A DNA stretch of 64,000 nucleotides from the NCBI GenBank assembly GCA_964188305.1, contig OZ076889.1. One strand, given 5' to 3'. Position numbers and translations under genes: made by a program. The stretch's first letter is position 1; each line of letters begins with the position of its first letter. The DNA comes from Podarcis bocagei. Its lineage: Eukaryota. A model generated the notes under the pieces. That model had not been told where the DNA came from. It worked only from the letters and a program-made list of their open reading frames with translations, and made no database searches. This document shows positions 35,591 through 50,825 of the stretch, piece by piece.

Positions 35591-38451
35591 TTTGGTTAAT
35601 AAGACATTTTGCAATTGGAAAAGGTTTTCTGTAAACTTGGGTTGCTCCTTGTCAGTCAGCTTTTCTCTTCAGTCAAGGACACTATGCATATATATACTGA
35701 AGCTCCTGTTTCCTACAGGGAAAGAGAAAAGCTGAGAATGTTCATTACACTTTACAATCCTTGCTTAAACTGCCTGCTTTCTGAACAAAAAGAAAGTCTT
35801 GTCTCTTTTAAAATAGTAATTAAGTACTGAATATAACATGTGCAAAAAGGAGCAGGGAATCAGGGTGGGGGGACAGAACCCAATTCACTTTTTACCTGCA
35901 GCATCTCATGGTGTTCAGCGTCAAATGGCTGAGAAATCTACCAGCCTAGATAGCTTGACCCTTTGCAATAGACATCTATCTCCACAGCTACTGCAGCTTT
36001 CAGGAACTGAATGAAAGGCTTGAGATGTACGGTACAGTATCTTCCACGTTCCTCTTGAAACGGACTTTTAACATTGCTTTCCCCGTTTCTACCACAAGAG
36101 GGACCTGGAATATAAAACAGCATTAATTAAAATCAAGCCTATTTCATTTCACTGCAGGAAAGAAAACAAAGCCTCCACCTGGAACACCCGAGAGGCCATG
36201 GGTTGGTTAGCCTTTTGTCCTTTCCAACTTGACATCAGCCAGTCATGGAGAACAGAAAATGCGGAAGTGTTCAGAGTGGATCCGAGGGTGGGGGGGGGTA
36301 TTAAATTCAAGGCAAAAGAGTTCACTTGGGCACTTGGCCACTCTTAAAAGGATTGATTTGTAAAATTAGTATAGTTGTGACCAAGTTTGGAATTGATTGC
36401 TGTTATTTTACTACCAAATGAACAAGATATTCTTTTAAAAAAGGATATGAACCAGGGTGTCACCTGTGAATGTTTTCCATGTTTCCAACATAGGAAGAAT
36501 CCTCTTTCTCTTTTATTACATGGAACTAGGAGCTCAAGTTTATTTAATTCCTTATGTAAATCTTTGGGCAAGGTTCTAGACATTCTAGATGCCCAAATAT
36601 AAAGTGATTTGTTAGGTCAACATCTACAGAGGTAGTAAGCGCCCTTTATTCTTTCCTGCCACATGGGACCTGTTTATGAGCAGCTCCCGTACAGCTGGGA
36701 AAACATTTAAATAGTGCAATCACAAGGGCGAAAGACAATTGCAAATGACCAACAACTGGGAGGTCGGATAATTTAAATGTTCTCCCAGCTTCATGTTGTG
36801 GATAAACAATTTCCATATGGCGGGAAGAATGTCTAATAGAATGCAGTAACTTGTGCTTTTAACTTTGATCGAAATACGTATGATACCTGTTTCAAACTAA
36901 CAGACAATAGATGTTTCTTGGATAGAAAGAGTGACCTGAATAAAGTAATTTTGGACGCGCTGTTCTCAAACCTCATAATTTAGCACTTGCATGTTTCCTT
37001 CAGTGATGCAATGAGCAAGCGGGGAGGTGGAATGTGTGTGTGAGAGAAAGACTTCAGACCAGGAAACTAGCCAGGTGCAATAGGGCTGAATCCTCGCTAT
37101 GCCACAGCCCTGATGAGATCAAATCATGGATTTCACTCATCTTTTCAAGTTTGACCTTTATAACCAGAGGCTAACCAGGACTTTAGATGTTTGGATGGTT
37201 GCAATTAGCAAACTCTCATTAAATGTTTTGTGCGGGTGGACCAGAGAAGTTAACTTTTCAGAGTGTGAACGTATATTTCTATGGTCATGAGGGAAATGCC
37301 TACAAATGTGAGGGGTAGAATCTACGAAAGGCACAGGATTTGCTCTGTTCAATTCGTAAGTGTGAAATTAAATCAGTACAGTATCTGTAAATATTCCTAA
37401 TTTTCATAATTTATTTTAGTAACCCAAATTAAAGAATGTGAAGTATTTGTCCCAAAATGGCACCACTAGCATGACTGCTTATCCCTTTGTAAAATTGTTC
37501 GTGTACAATGAGGGCATAAGTAACTGTAATACTAATTAAACTATTAATATAAAATGTAGCAGCCACATTATCCATATGGAGAAAGTGCTTGTTTGCCTAA
37601 GGGTCTGCCTTACTTCATATTCTATTCAGTGATCTTATGTCAGCTTCCTCTTTTTCCTAAACCCAAATCTACACTCAATTTTTTGCCCTAGTTGTCCTAG
37701 TAAGCTCCCATGTTCACAGTTGGGAGTAAGCCCCATTGAATTAAATGCGAGTTGTTTCTGAAGAAACATGCATAGGATTGCACTGTTTGGTTCTGGGTGT
37801 TGCTACACTGTGATACTGCGTAAGAATTCTGTAAGCACAGACAATGCATGTATTTTTGTAAACCAAGAAAATCTTTAATAAAAAATATTTTTATAAATTA
37901 AAAGCATAAAAAACAGATACACACACACACACATTTTAAAAATCTGAACTGGCTCTCATAGAAGACAGTACTGTGAAAGCAGGATAATTAGAAGGAACTA
38001 AATTTTGTATCAGGACCTCAAGTGCTTTATTTCTGCTAAGTTCTCATTATTTAACCAGTGTTCCTAACTGTGACAGATGTCCTATATTTGTGTTGGAGCT
38101 GTTTCCGCTCCTTTTGCAAAATCCCACCTGCTCCTTCCTCACCTGCTCAGTTTTCAACACTTGAGCTTGAGAAGGCATGCCAAATGTGAGACAGCTTTTG
38201 TAAGGTCTGGTCAATATCACTTGCTCTGATGTAACAAAACTAAACCCTGGAACTTGTTAAATTTCCATACACATTGAGTTAACTTTCTGAGCAGGACAAG
38301 GATTCTTTATGGGTTTTAATGAGGAAGAACAATCATAGAATAATTTTAATATTGACTTTTGACTGTTTTAGCTTGCAAGTCCACTAGCTGAAGGAGTGCA
38401 GGATTTGGTGGAAGTTTCATTATGCTGGCTGAAGTCAAGATACAGAGGGAT

Positions 38452-38612
38452 ATAGGAAGTTGTCTTCCACCAAGTCAGATACCATTGGGCCATGTAACCT
38501 AGTATTGTCTTCACTGTGTGGCAGCAACTTTCTCAGCCCTACCTGCAGAAGTTGGGTATTGAAACTGGGAAACTATACAAAACAGATGCTTTACTTCTGA
38601 GCTATAGACTTT
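38452..38612 (-). mobile_element. tRNA-derived SINE (degenerate)
   Basis: ataggaag...gtcaga..ccattgg..catgtaacctagtattgtc...cagccctacctg...attgaaactggga...agatgct..ac..ctgagcta. A head fragment of the same family lies at ~27780-27830. Confidence 0.6.
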
Positions 38613-40479
38613 CCCTACATGCTGCTGGGGTGACAAATTCACCAGTGGAACACCTGTGATACACAAGTGGTTGTGTTCTAGTTGCAAAGGCATGTCCAAT
38701 GATCCAGTTAAAAGACAGAACCTGATCTGATGCCGTGTTGCATGGAGCCAACACGGAAAAACTGGAGACACTAATGAACTATAAAGGATAAAGCAAACCA
38801 GTTGCTCTAGGGGTGTTAAACCTCTCCTCAGCAGCTGCTACTTGGGTCACAGTGCTTCCTTTCTTTTTAAAAGAGCTCATCTGCAAAAAGCAGAGAATGC
38901 AACTTTTATACATGCAGAAGTCTAGCTGAAACTGTATATGGAGAAGGAAGTCAGCTACTGTGGTACAGGATAAAAACATGGCCAGCTGATCTAGGATTGC
39001 AACTCAAAATTAAGGGTTGCATTCCACTATGTTTTACTCTGAGTAGATCTGTTTCAATTATTGGCAATGCTTAACTTAGGTGCACTAATTTCAATGGGTT
39101 TATTTGGAGTAAAAGTTAGTTGCCTACAGTTCTAAACTTGAAACATTGACTTGTTAAAGTTTTTGCCAATGTTTGTGCTCACAGCTGCCTCAGCAAAGGC
39201 AGATCTAGTAACCCAACAACTGTGATACGGTGCTTTGTGGCATGATCTCTTATGTATACCATCATTGATCCAATATTAGAACTTGTGAGATATCAGGCAC
39301 TGCAGTGTTGCTTCTCCTTTTTGCCTGCTGATGCATAGAAGTTACTCTCACATACATTTACAATGCAATGCGGTGTCTCTCTTGATAATTTGTGAATACA
39401 GGGGCTTCTCTGTATCTCATAAATATTTCCATTGAATTCACACTGAATGTCAAAGTAAATAGCATTTAAATTCTATATTGCCCTCTGAGGTTAATTTTAG
39501 TTATCAAAATTAGGCAGATAACCGTTTACTTTTGGAAACATTGGCACCCATGTTACAGAGCTACAAAATCCAGGTTTTCACCTGTTCCACAAAGTAGAAC
39601 TCTCCTTCTCTATATTCAAGTGATGTTGGTCTCTCTGCCTGCCTGTTTATTGTCTGAGGCTATGGATAACATCTGTATGTGTGTGTATGTGCTTTGATGA
39701 AAAGAAAACTACTGAGATTGCACAGCATGTGGCAGGAGTTCCTTTCAGCCACTAACTGAACCAGTCACTCCCAACACAGATTTTGAAGTGAGGAGGAGTG
39801 ATGCAAGGACTTGCCTAGGATTCTATGGAGTGAGTGGTATAGGATGTTAGAATGTCTTTGTACACATTACTTTGCTTACAGAAGGATACTTTAACTTAGG
39901 CATGTTGTGCCTGGAAGATCAATTGTGCTATGCAACCAGATTCTAAACAGAATTAGGAATGTCTAAACCAGTTTGTTGTGGTAGTCTCAGGCCTGTCTAT
40001 CTTTGCATAAGAGCCAGCTGCAAGCACTAATGCATGCATACTCAAAATAGTGCTCAGATGATAGCATGGCTACACACTGTTCTATATAGTAAGATAAAAA
40101 CAATGCACTTTCCCTTGTGTTCATCTTTGTGCAAATGAAGGTTGTTGTGTTTTTCCCCAAAGGCACAACTAGTTTCTTACAGAATCCAGGGGTGCCAGGG
40201 GCCTTTCTTGCGCAATGCCAGGTGTCTGCGATGGGAGCTTGATGGATCCAGAGGTAGCATCATAGAAGATCTATGGAACTGGGTTTAGTCTGTGGGGTAC
40301 CATACAGCAGATGTTACAGCTGATCATTTTATATTAGCTTATACTGAATGGCCCAGTTGCTGCCTTGTAAGATAGGAGGAGTACAGATTTCTATCCTCTC
40401 AGGTGCCAGTCTCTAGGTTTTTCTGAATTAAGTGTTGGCTCGGCTGTACATTCATATTTTTTTCTAGGGCTTTGTGAGA

Positions 40480-42270
<1,791 letters not shown>

Positions 42271-45200
42271 ACGGGCTGCCCTTTCATTCCCCTCCCTCCT
42301 GTCAAATGCCATTCCTCTTTCCCCTCCCCCCCATACTGTATCCTTTTCCTCGATCTCCTTCCCTCTCTCTCTCTCTCCACCCCCAACCTGCCTTTCCCCC
42401 TATTCTCTCGCTTGGTCCCTTATCTCTGCTGCTGCTTCTGTGCTTTAAGACCCTGAAGATTTCCCTCCTCCAACAATCGCAGCCTTTTGTCTGGTCTGTT
42501 TGCTGCTTGACAGTATCCCCACCACCACCACCACCACCCCGGAGGGCGGAGGTTGGAAGGGAGAATGAGAGGGTGTCCCCTCTGCTTTGTGGCGGGCTTG
42601 AGAAGGAGCCGGCTTTGATCTCTCTTCCTTTTCCTAAAGTAGGGATGTTGCTGTGAAGGAGATGTTGGGGGGAAGTGTTCCAAAGGACGTAGGCAGCTGC
42701 CAGCATCATAGAGACCTGAACTTGCTTTGGGAAAGGATTCGAACTTTTTTGTCAAAACGCCTCCCCCTAACGTTGCCTGTTTCCAAAACCCTTCTCTCCC
42801 ACCCGTGGGTTAGAGAAGGACCAAACCCCACGCCCAAACATCAGAAGATGATGTCTGTAGGGAAAGCTGGGTTAGGACACCTTGCAACGCATTATTGCTC
42901 CTTGCCTTTAGAAAACTCTTATTTGCTTTTAAAATGAAATAATAAATAGCCTTCTATGCAAATACTTGAGAATCTCATTGAACATAACAAATAGGGTTAT
43001 TTTAGGAGGAGTGGGGGAACCAAAGTAATGTATAATGTATAACTTTTGCTAGTGCCTGAATGTTTGGAATTTTGTCATCATGGCATTCCATTTCTTGTGT
43101 GAGTATATGCGTGATATAGATTCCATTGGAAACTGAAAATGGAAATGAAGTCCTTGACTTTATTGACATTCAACACAAGGGTTATTATTATGAGCCTTGT
43201 CAGGGGATTCGTAAGTCTGAGTGAGTGACAAAGGTTGTTTTCCTCCCATCCTATTTCCCTCCTGAAATCTGCTTTTGTGAAACGCTAGAAATAATCTGTT
43301 TCACATTGTTAGTGGAGGTGAATGAAACGAGTGTTCCCATTAAACTGATATTCTGTTATAATTTTGTTTTGCACATTTGAAATGTAAATTCATTTTATGC
43401 CGATGCCCATTGCCATGTATAAACGTCTTGTTAGGTCCCCCCAGATGTTTTAAGAAATGTTTTACTCTTATAGACAGTATGTGTGGCTATTCCACCCTCC
43501 TCTTGTAGAAAAATAGGAGTTAGTCAAATTTATTTGCAAAAAAAATAGTCATCACAAAAATACAGGCATAATCAAGCTGAAAGATGCAGTGCTCAGCACA
43601 ATTTAAGTGGTTGTACAGATTTTTATATATCTACACATTCCCTTAAAAAAGCCTCCTCTGGAATGCTTACACCTTTTAACAATACATAATTAAATTATAT
43701 ATATTTTTTCACACAAAGGGCTCAGTTATCCACTATGACTAAAATAATAGGTGGTTGTAGGAGTAAAGAGCTGAAATGGCAACATGAAACAATGTTGTGA
43801 GAAGAGAAGTAAGTCTATGAAGAATCTCTGAATATGATTTGACTGTGGAGTTTGCAATCCTTGGATTACAGAACATTTACATCTGATATGTACTTCAACA
43901 AGAACACAAATGGTTTATTAAACTTCATATCAAAATAGGTATGAAATCAACTGTAGATTTTATAATGGATGACTCATTGACATGTGAATGTGAGGACTAG
44001 AGGTTTTTGGACTGATTTGGTACGGCAAATTAAGAAACACTGTTGTTTTTTAAAGAATTTATGATAATAATGTGAGCAACCGAGTGCAAAATTCTGAATA
44101 AATAATTCTTAGTATTTATTGAATTAGAAATATAGAAGCCTTTGTAACTTATTTTGTACTGTATTATCAGTATTTACTGCAGCAGCTGGAGTGTTTCCTT
44201 CAAAGATGACTTTTCTTAAAATACTTGGGGCGGGTAGGAAAGTCGAGGATTTTGTGAACGACACAGGGAAATGGTGAAGGAAAGTACACACAAAGCTGCA
44301 GATGGAATGCAACAATTTTTAGACTGAGAACAGACCAGTTTATCTAGGCCCTCTTCCATTGATATGTCTTTGCCGTATCATGGTTCCATGACTAGATAAA
44401 GTAGCCTCTTGCAGCTTGTAGTTCGCAACAGGGCACCTGATTTTGTCAGGTACGATGCTGCATAAATGCAAAATTTAGCTGCAAACAGAATACCTATCCA
44501 ATGTAAATATAATGTTTTTCTAATACACCACTAGTATCAGGAGGGTGGGAAAGGGAGTTTTTTCTTATTGAACATATGGAAATATTCCATAATATAGGAA
44601 TGGCAACCTTTGCTGCAGTTACCGACAATAAGAAGTTGTCAGCTTCCATTGATGTTCTCCCCCTCTCTTTTTAAAGTTTACAAGCCATAGATAAATTTAT
44701 AACAGGGCTGGAGAATGAGATGAAAGACGGCTGATTTAATAGGGAAAGGAGTTGGTGCACATTTGCATAATACTGTAAGCCCTTTCTTAGAGAGGAGCTG
44801 AAAGAGAATTTAAATAAAACAAAATGCTCTGAAGTGATGAATGTTTATCTCATGCAGATGGTGAGCATAATAGTTTCCATATCTGTACTGGTAACCACAT
44901 CTACTAATGTGTAAGATAGGGTAAGCCTTACCAACAAAGAGGTTTGTTGGTCTTGGAAGCATTTGCATTGAAATTGGAACTTTGATGCTGTGATGTATGA
45001 GAGCCTTTATGTTTTAAGGGAAAATATATACTGGCCACGAAATAAATAAAAAAAATGTTAAGACCATCTGTAGCTCTACTTTTTTGTATGTTCATAATAT
45101 GATCCCATCCATTCATTGCATTCTTTGATGTCTGTGCATACTTGTTAAAATTGTATGGATGCAGTTAATATTGTTTCAGGACATCCAATGGATATTTCAA

Positions 45201-46340
45201 ATAAAGACAAGCAAATATTTGTTTTATAAGTGATCAGAACAATAGTGGTGGTCTAGATAAAATATTTTTCATATATATTTAACCTTTTGGTGCCTGGTAT
45301 TCTAGAGATCTGAGCAATGTTTACGGTGTATGGTCAATTAATAATTCCTTCATGCTTAGTAAAACTTAAACACAGCTTAAGCTTCATCTCACTAGAGTCA
45401 TTAAATTGATTTTTCAGTGTTAGAAGGCTGCTGGACACAAGCATCTTTGTCTTTTGTTTATATAAGACATCCTTAGCTTTGTGTGGCAGTTATAGTAGGG
45501 TTGTTTAGAAATTAGTAGATGGATAAAGGAAAGCTTAAAGGAATGGGGAATATTGAGCCTTAACATGAAGCACACTGTTTGTTGGGATCCCTAAATGAGG
45601 GAGTCGATTTTTAACAAGTTAATTCAAGTGCAATACATTTTCAGTAACTATAAATAAATAAAAATATTATATAAATATAAATAAATAGCTATAAAAATGT
45701 ACGTGGAAGGTATTTTCTTTGGAGAAAATATTGTTTATGGATATTGATCATAAACTTGTATCCAACATGTTGTCCAACACAAAAAGTTCCACTTCTAGTT
45801 TGCACTTTTAATTTAATATTGTTTGTCCTTGAGTTGATGCTTGCATACTCACAAGCAGATGTCTCATTTTTAGATGGGGTGTGTGTATTTGTGGTTCTTT
45901 ATAACTACAGTACATTCTCAGACCAAGGAAAGATACGTTTACACACTGTCAGCCATAACTATCAAGCTTTTTAATATAGAAAATACACCCAGAAACCTGA
46001 AATTCACTGTGTTTTATATCCTGCAAAACTGGAATGCTTACAGAGAAGTGTATGTGCGCTTCTAGATACATGAGGGGAATTCACTTTTTAAAAACTTACT
46101 GTGGAGCCATCAGAAAAGTTTTTAAAAATATATAATCAACAGGGCAATCTTGTGCATGCTTACCTATAAGTCCCATTGAACACAGTGTGGCTTTGAATAA
46201 ACATGCTTAGGATTTTGCTGTAAATTTGCTTTCACTTTCTTCCTTAGACTTTCACAATTCTTCTGATGTTGTGCTTCAGGCAGTTTTGTTCACATCTGGG
46301 CTAAACACTATTCACCAATTGGGAATCAACATATCTACAG

Positions 46341-46520
46341 GTGTGGAGAAGAGGTCTGAGTGTTGGACTAGGACCTGGAAGACTAGGGTTCAGATCATTG
46401 CTCAGCCATGAAGCTCACTGGGAGACCTTGGGCCAGTCATTGTCTCTCAGCCTGATGTACCTTACAGGGTTGCAGTGAGGATGAAATGGGCAGGGGAGAA
46501 CCTTGAGCTCTTTGGGGGAA
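46341..46520 (+). mobile_element. Ther1/MIR-derived squamate SINE (Squam3-like)
   Basis: gagtgttggactaggacctggaagactagggttc...gccatgaagctcactgggagaccttgggccagtca...ctctcagcct...ccttacagggttg. Confidence 0.75.
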
Positions 46521-49279
46521 ACACAAGAGAGGAAGGCAATACAAAATAATTCAATTAATATAGCTCTTTTATGTCAAAACTCAAGACTTTGAAAATTGTT
46601 CAGAGGAAAAACAAACAAGCGTTTCCACCCCTGATGCCTTGTTAAATTGATAGAAATTGATTTGAAGTATCAGTTAAAAAGAGCAAAGTGTTTAACTTTG
46701 GGTTTGGGATGATTTTTGTTGCTGTGTTGTCCCAATGACATCACTAGGAGGTACTGCTATTGCTCCTGAAACAGTATTGTGAATGGCTCCTAAAATTTTA
46801 ATCTACAAAGTCTTTGATGACTATTCTATTTATAAATGTTTAGGACTGTAGCTTGCATTCTGCACTATTTTACTTTGTTCATCTAAAGTGCCCAGTTAAG
46901 CATGCTAACGTCAGAACAGTTTCAGTGAGAGTAACGTGTGCCTAATTATGTTCTCAATTTCTTCCCAAGATCTAAATTTAGTAGTGTAAGGAAACATTGT
47001 TGCAACTTTCACTTTTAGACATAAACTTGACCCAGGTTTGTTGCCAATCTCTGAGAACAGTGTTGTTAAGAAATTAGCAATAGTGCATAAATAAAATGCA
47101 TGTTTCGCCATTGTTTTATGTATATGGAATAGCATGTACCATACTTTGATTCAGTAATTATTTATATTTTAATAGTTGGGCAGTTGTACCCAAACCAGCA
47201 TTGCCACAAAAGAAAAAGGATTTATTTTAACCAGTTAGTAAATAGAACAATTGATGCAAAACCTATAAAATGTAGCTATACTTTGTGTTAACAAAAATTC
47301 TATTCTACTTTTTAACAACTTGCTCCCATAATTTAAATTGATGTTACAGCGCAAATGTTACAGCATAGGTTTATCCCAGGAGGCACAGATACTTCTCAAA
47401 GCATATTTGTGGATAATATAAAAAGAACATTGAGGGCCACATCACAGGGCAGCAGAGGTGTTGATTACTGGCAGAGAGATCAAGGCAAACAATAAATGGA
47501 AACAGGATTGTTTTAGGGTCTGTACAGATGTAAATAGTTTGCATGGTTAGCCTTCTCTGGATCTCCAGCTTACCATTTTTTTGGTCAGACGTCTAGCCTT
47601 CCTCAGAGTAGTGAGCTCAGAAGCAATACTGTAATTTATTTCTCTTTTCATAGGAAGTAAGCTTTGAAAGTGCTTATTTGCTGGCCTTTGTGATAAAGAA
47701 GCCATGGAGTAAGCTTGGATTGTTGGCTATGGTTGCCACCAGAATTTTCAGGACTGGGGTTTTGCCTGACATGGAAAAGTTTACACATGTTTTTTAGGAA
47801 ACCAGGTTAAGAGCCAATACGGGCTTAGAATTTCCTGTGAAGTGGCATAGAAAGGTTGGATGAGTTCCATGTTGCATGGCCGAGTGAACAACACCCACAT
47901 GATGACTTCTGCATACAGTGGCTTTAACATTTAGTGGCACTTGCTTTGTTGATCCTCACACCAGCGGCTTTCAGCAATGTGCAGTTCAGCTGTAGAGAGT
48001 GTTAAGGCTGTTACGTGGAGAAGCTGTCACACAGATGCTGCCCACATTGGCTGTGACATTTAAGTTGGTCCTGAATTCAGCATTTGGGAGGCCTTTCAAG
48101 ATGACCACTAGAAAAAGTGCTCTGACTCAAAATTCTAGTCCTGTTGGAATCAGCACTTCAGATAGCCTGATGCCAGACATGCTATCGTCACGTATTAGCT
48201 AGTCGGATGTGTTTCAAGAGATTGTCAGGGCACATGTTATATAGAAGTTTTGTTTTACATCTCTTAATTGGTTCTGCTTCAGCTGTACTGCAAGGTTTCT
48301 CCAGTAACGATGTGAGGCAGAGGACCAAATGTCATGTTACATGCATGTAAAGTAAGCCTATTTTAATTTTGCTAGTTGTAGGGAGTAGAATTGAGAGGGG
48401 GCATTTTGATTAACTTTGTGGGGAGGGAGCTATTAGGGGTAAAGGGTGCCACTCTTCCAGCAGATAATAAATCTCTTGCTAGCTACCAACTGGTAGATTC
48501 CATTTCCCTTTTCCATAACACCCCCTCCCCAAACAACAGTACGTGATCATGTAGCAACACTTTGATAAAGACTTGTAGGTTAAAAAGTATGGCTAACAGA
48601 GCAGAGTGTGATTCTTTTGCGCTGCCACCGGAGCAAACCATGTCACTGTCATTATATGATCATTTCCCCCCCAAAATTCCAAAGCTTTATTATTAACACA
48701 AGCAACCTTTCAATAACCTGTGATTGAAATGTACCCATTAGAACCCTTTCAGCGTTCTTCCTAGTTCTAGAAATGTGCTGCTAAAATCTTAAATGTCGAC
48801 TGCATTTAGAATAGATGATCTCTCTGTTCTGCCTATAGAGAGTGGTCTATTTCAGATCTGCTTCACACAGCAACCTTCTTTTTGCCCTCCCTGGTCCCTG
48901 GCTCTAAAGTTTTGCCAGTCCCTACCAATAGGATCTGCTCTTTTCACTATGCCAAGTATTATTCAGCCTTTCTTCTCCCTTGAGTGTTCCCTTTAAGTCC
49001 ATTCTCCTATTCTTCCAGGCACTGCCTACCCACTTGTCTCTTTAAGTCCCACTTCTCACCTTTACTGTCTTCTGTGCCTGCCTTTGACTGTCTCCTTGCC
49101 CCTTTACTCCCCTGCATTCTAGGCTCTCTTTCCATAACTATGCTCAGCCTCCCTGAATGCCCAGTACTCCTGCAATTTGCCCTTTTTTCCTGCAAGCCAC
49201 AAACTGCAACACCTGCCTTGAGGCCTGGTGTGAGGTTTTGCTCTCAGCTAAGCCGACAGTTTTCTAAGGGGCCGTGGCC

Positions 49280-50570
49280 AAAAATTATGCATAGCGTGGA
49301 GGAAAGTTGGTTGAGAGAAGTTTCTCTCTCTTTCTCTTAATACTAGAATCCAGGGCCATCCCATGAAAGTGAATATTGGAAGATTCAGGACAGACAAAAG
49401 AAAGAACACCCTCACAAAGTGCAGAGTTAAGCTGTGGAATTTGCTATCACAAGAGGTTGTGGTGGCCACCAACTTGGATAGCTTTTTCAAAGAGGATTAG
49501 ACAGATTCATGGAGAACAAGGCTATTAAGAACTGTAGCCGTAGCAGCAATGTTCTCTGGATGCCAGTCACTGGGTATCACAAATGGGGTGCTCAGATTCT
49601 GCTTGCTGGTTTCCCAAGGGGTGGCCACTGTGAGAAGCGAATGCTGGACTAGATGTGCCTTTGGACTAAGAAAGTCAATATGACAGGGGGTTGGGTGACA
49701 TATGACAAGTTAATGTGTAAAAGTGTAGGAAAATGGAAAATGAGATCATTTGAAGAAGTTAAGGACTATGTGAATGACTGGCTGCATTATTTTCAAATTA
49801 ATGAGATGTTTAGAAAAGATTTAAATCAGAGGGGTTTTGCTGACAAAGAATCAAAATTTCAGGCAGAAATATTGAATAATGATTATAAGAATTTAGCAAA
49901 AATGTATAAGATATTACCAGAATGGTGTACGAAGGATGAGGAGGTAAAATCAGTTATGATCGACTGGGCCAAAGATATAGGGCATAATATTCAAATGGAG
50001 GATTGGGAAAGACTTTGGAAAGATGGTTTAAGATTTACTGCATGCACAGTTAGAAAAGAAAATGTTATGAAAATGATGTACCGATGGTATGTAACACCTG
50101 TGACGTTAGCAAAAATGTATAAGATAAGTAACAAATGTTGGAAATGTAAAGAAAAAGAAGGTACCTTTTTCATATGTGGTGGGAATGTAAGAAGGTAAAA
50201 TGCTTTTGGGAAATGATTTATAATGAATTGAAGAAAATGTTGAAATATACATTTGTTAAGAAACCAGAAGCATTTTTACTAGGCATTACAGGTAATGAGA
50301 TAAATAAGAAAGAAAAGAAGTTATTTTTATATGCAGTGACAGCAGCAGAATATTGATGGCCCAGAAATGGAAACAGGAGGAATTACCTACGATAGAAGAA
50401 TGGAGAACTAAAATGATGGATTATGCAGAACTAGACAGAATGACAGGAGAAGTAAGATGTAATTAAGATGTATGGAATGTATAAATTTGTTTTTGTATTT
50501 GAAAACTAATAAAAATATAATATAAAAAAAATAGATGTGCCTTTGGACTGATCCACTGTGGCTCTTCTTA
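49280..50570 (+). mobile_element. CR1 LINE 3' portion interrupted by an L1 insertion
   Basis: ORF2 end (KIMH..E......RIQGHPMKVNIGRFRTDKRK) and 3' UTR to 49667, resuming at 50550 (gatcc...ggctcttctta). Confidence 0.8.
49668..50531 (+). mobile_element. 5'-truncated L1-clade LINE with poly(A) tail and 18-bp TSD
   Basis: ORF2 C-terminal region with a CCHC zinc knuckle (KCWKCKEKEGTF/FHMWWEC, frameshifted near 50170), AATAAA and an A-rich tail. TSD tagatgtgcctttggact at 49650-49667 and 50532-50549. Confidence 0.9.
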
Positions 50571-50596
50571 TACCTTTCCCAGAAGGAGTTAGCATA

Positions 50597-50825
50597 CAGG
50601 GGTACCTTGGTTTATGAACTTAATCCATTCCGGAAGTCCGTTCTTAAACCGAAACCATTCTTAAAACAAGGTGCACTTTTCCTAATGAGGCCTCCCGCCG
50701 CCAGTGACCTTCCACCGTTCGGATTCCGTTCTTAGACCGAGGTAAAGTTCGCAAACCGGGACACTGCTTCTGGTTTTGCGTAGTTAGTTCTTAAACAGGG
50801 CTGTTATTAAACCGAGGGACCACTG
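50597..50825. mobile_element. Tc1/mariner (Tigger-like) MITE
   Basis: TA-CAGGGGTACCTTGGTTTA ... TAAACCGAGGGACCACTG-TA. Confidence 0.8.

Noticed and set aside
36693-36790. Hammerhead ribozyme, U1, Y or vault RNA identity for the three-stem element
   Set aside because: No CUGANGA core, and no extended similarity to those RNAs beyond short words.
49653-50356. 181-aa and 60-aa ORFs as a host gene
   Set aside because: Frameshifted L1 ORF2 fragment bounded by a TSD and a poly(A) tail.
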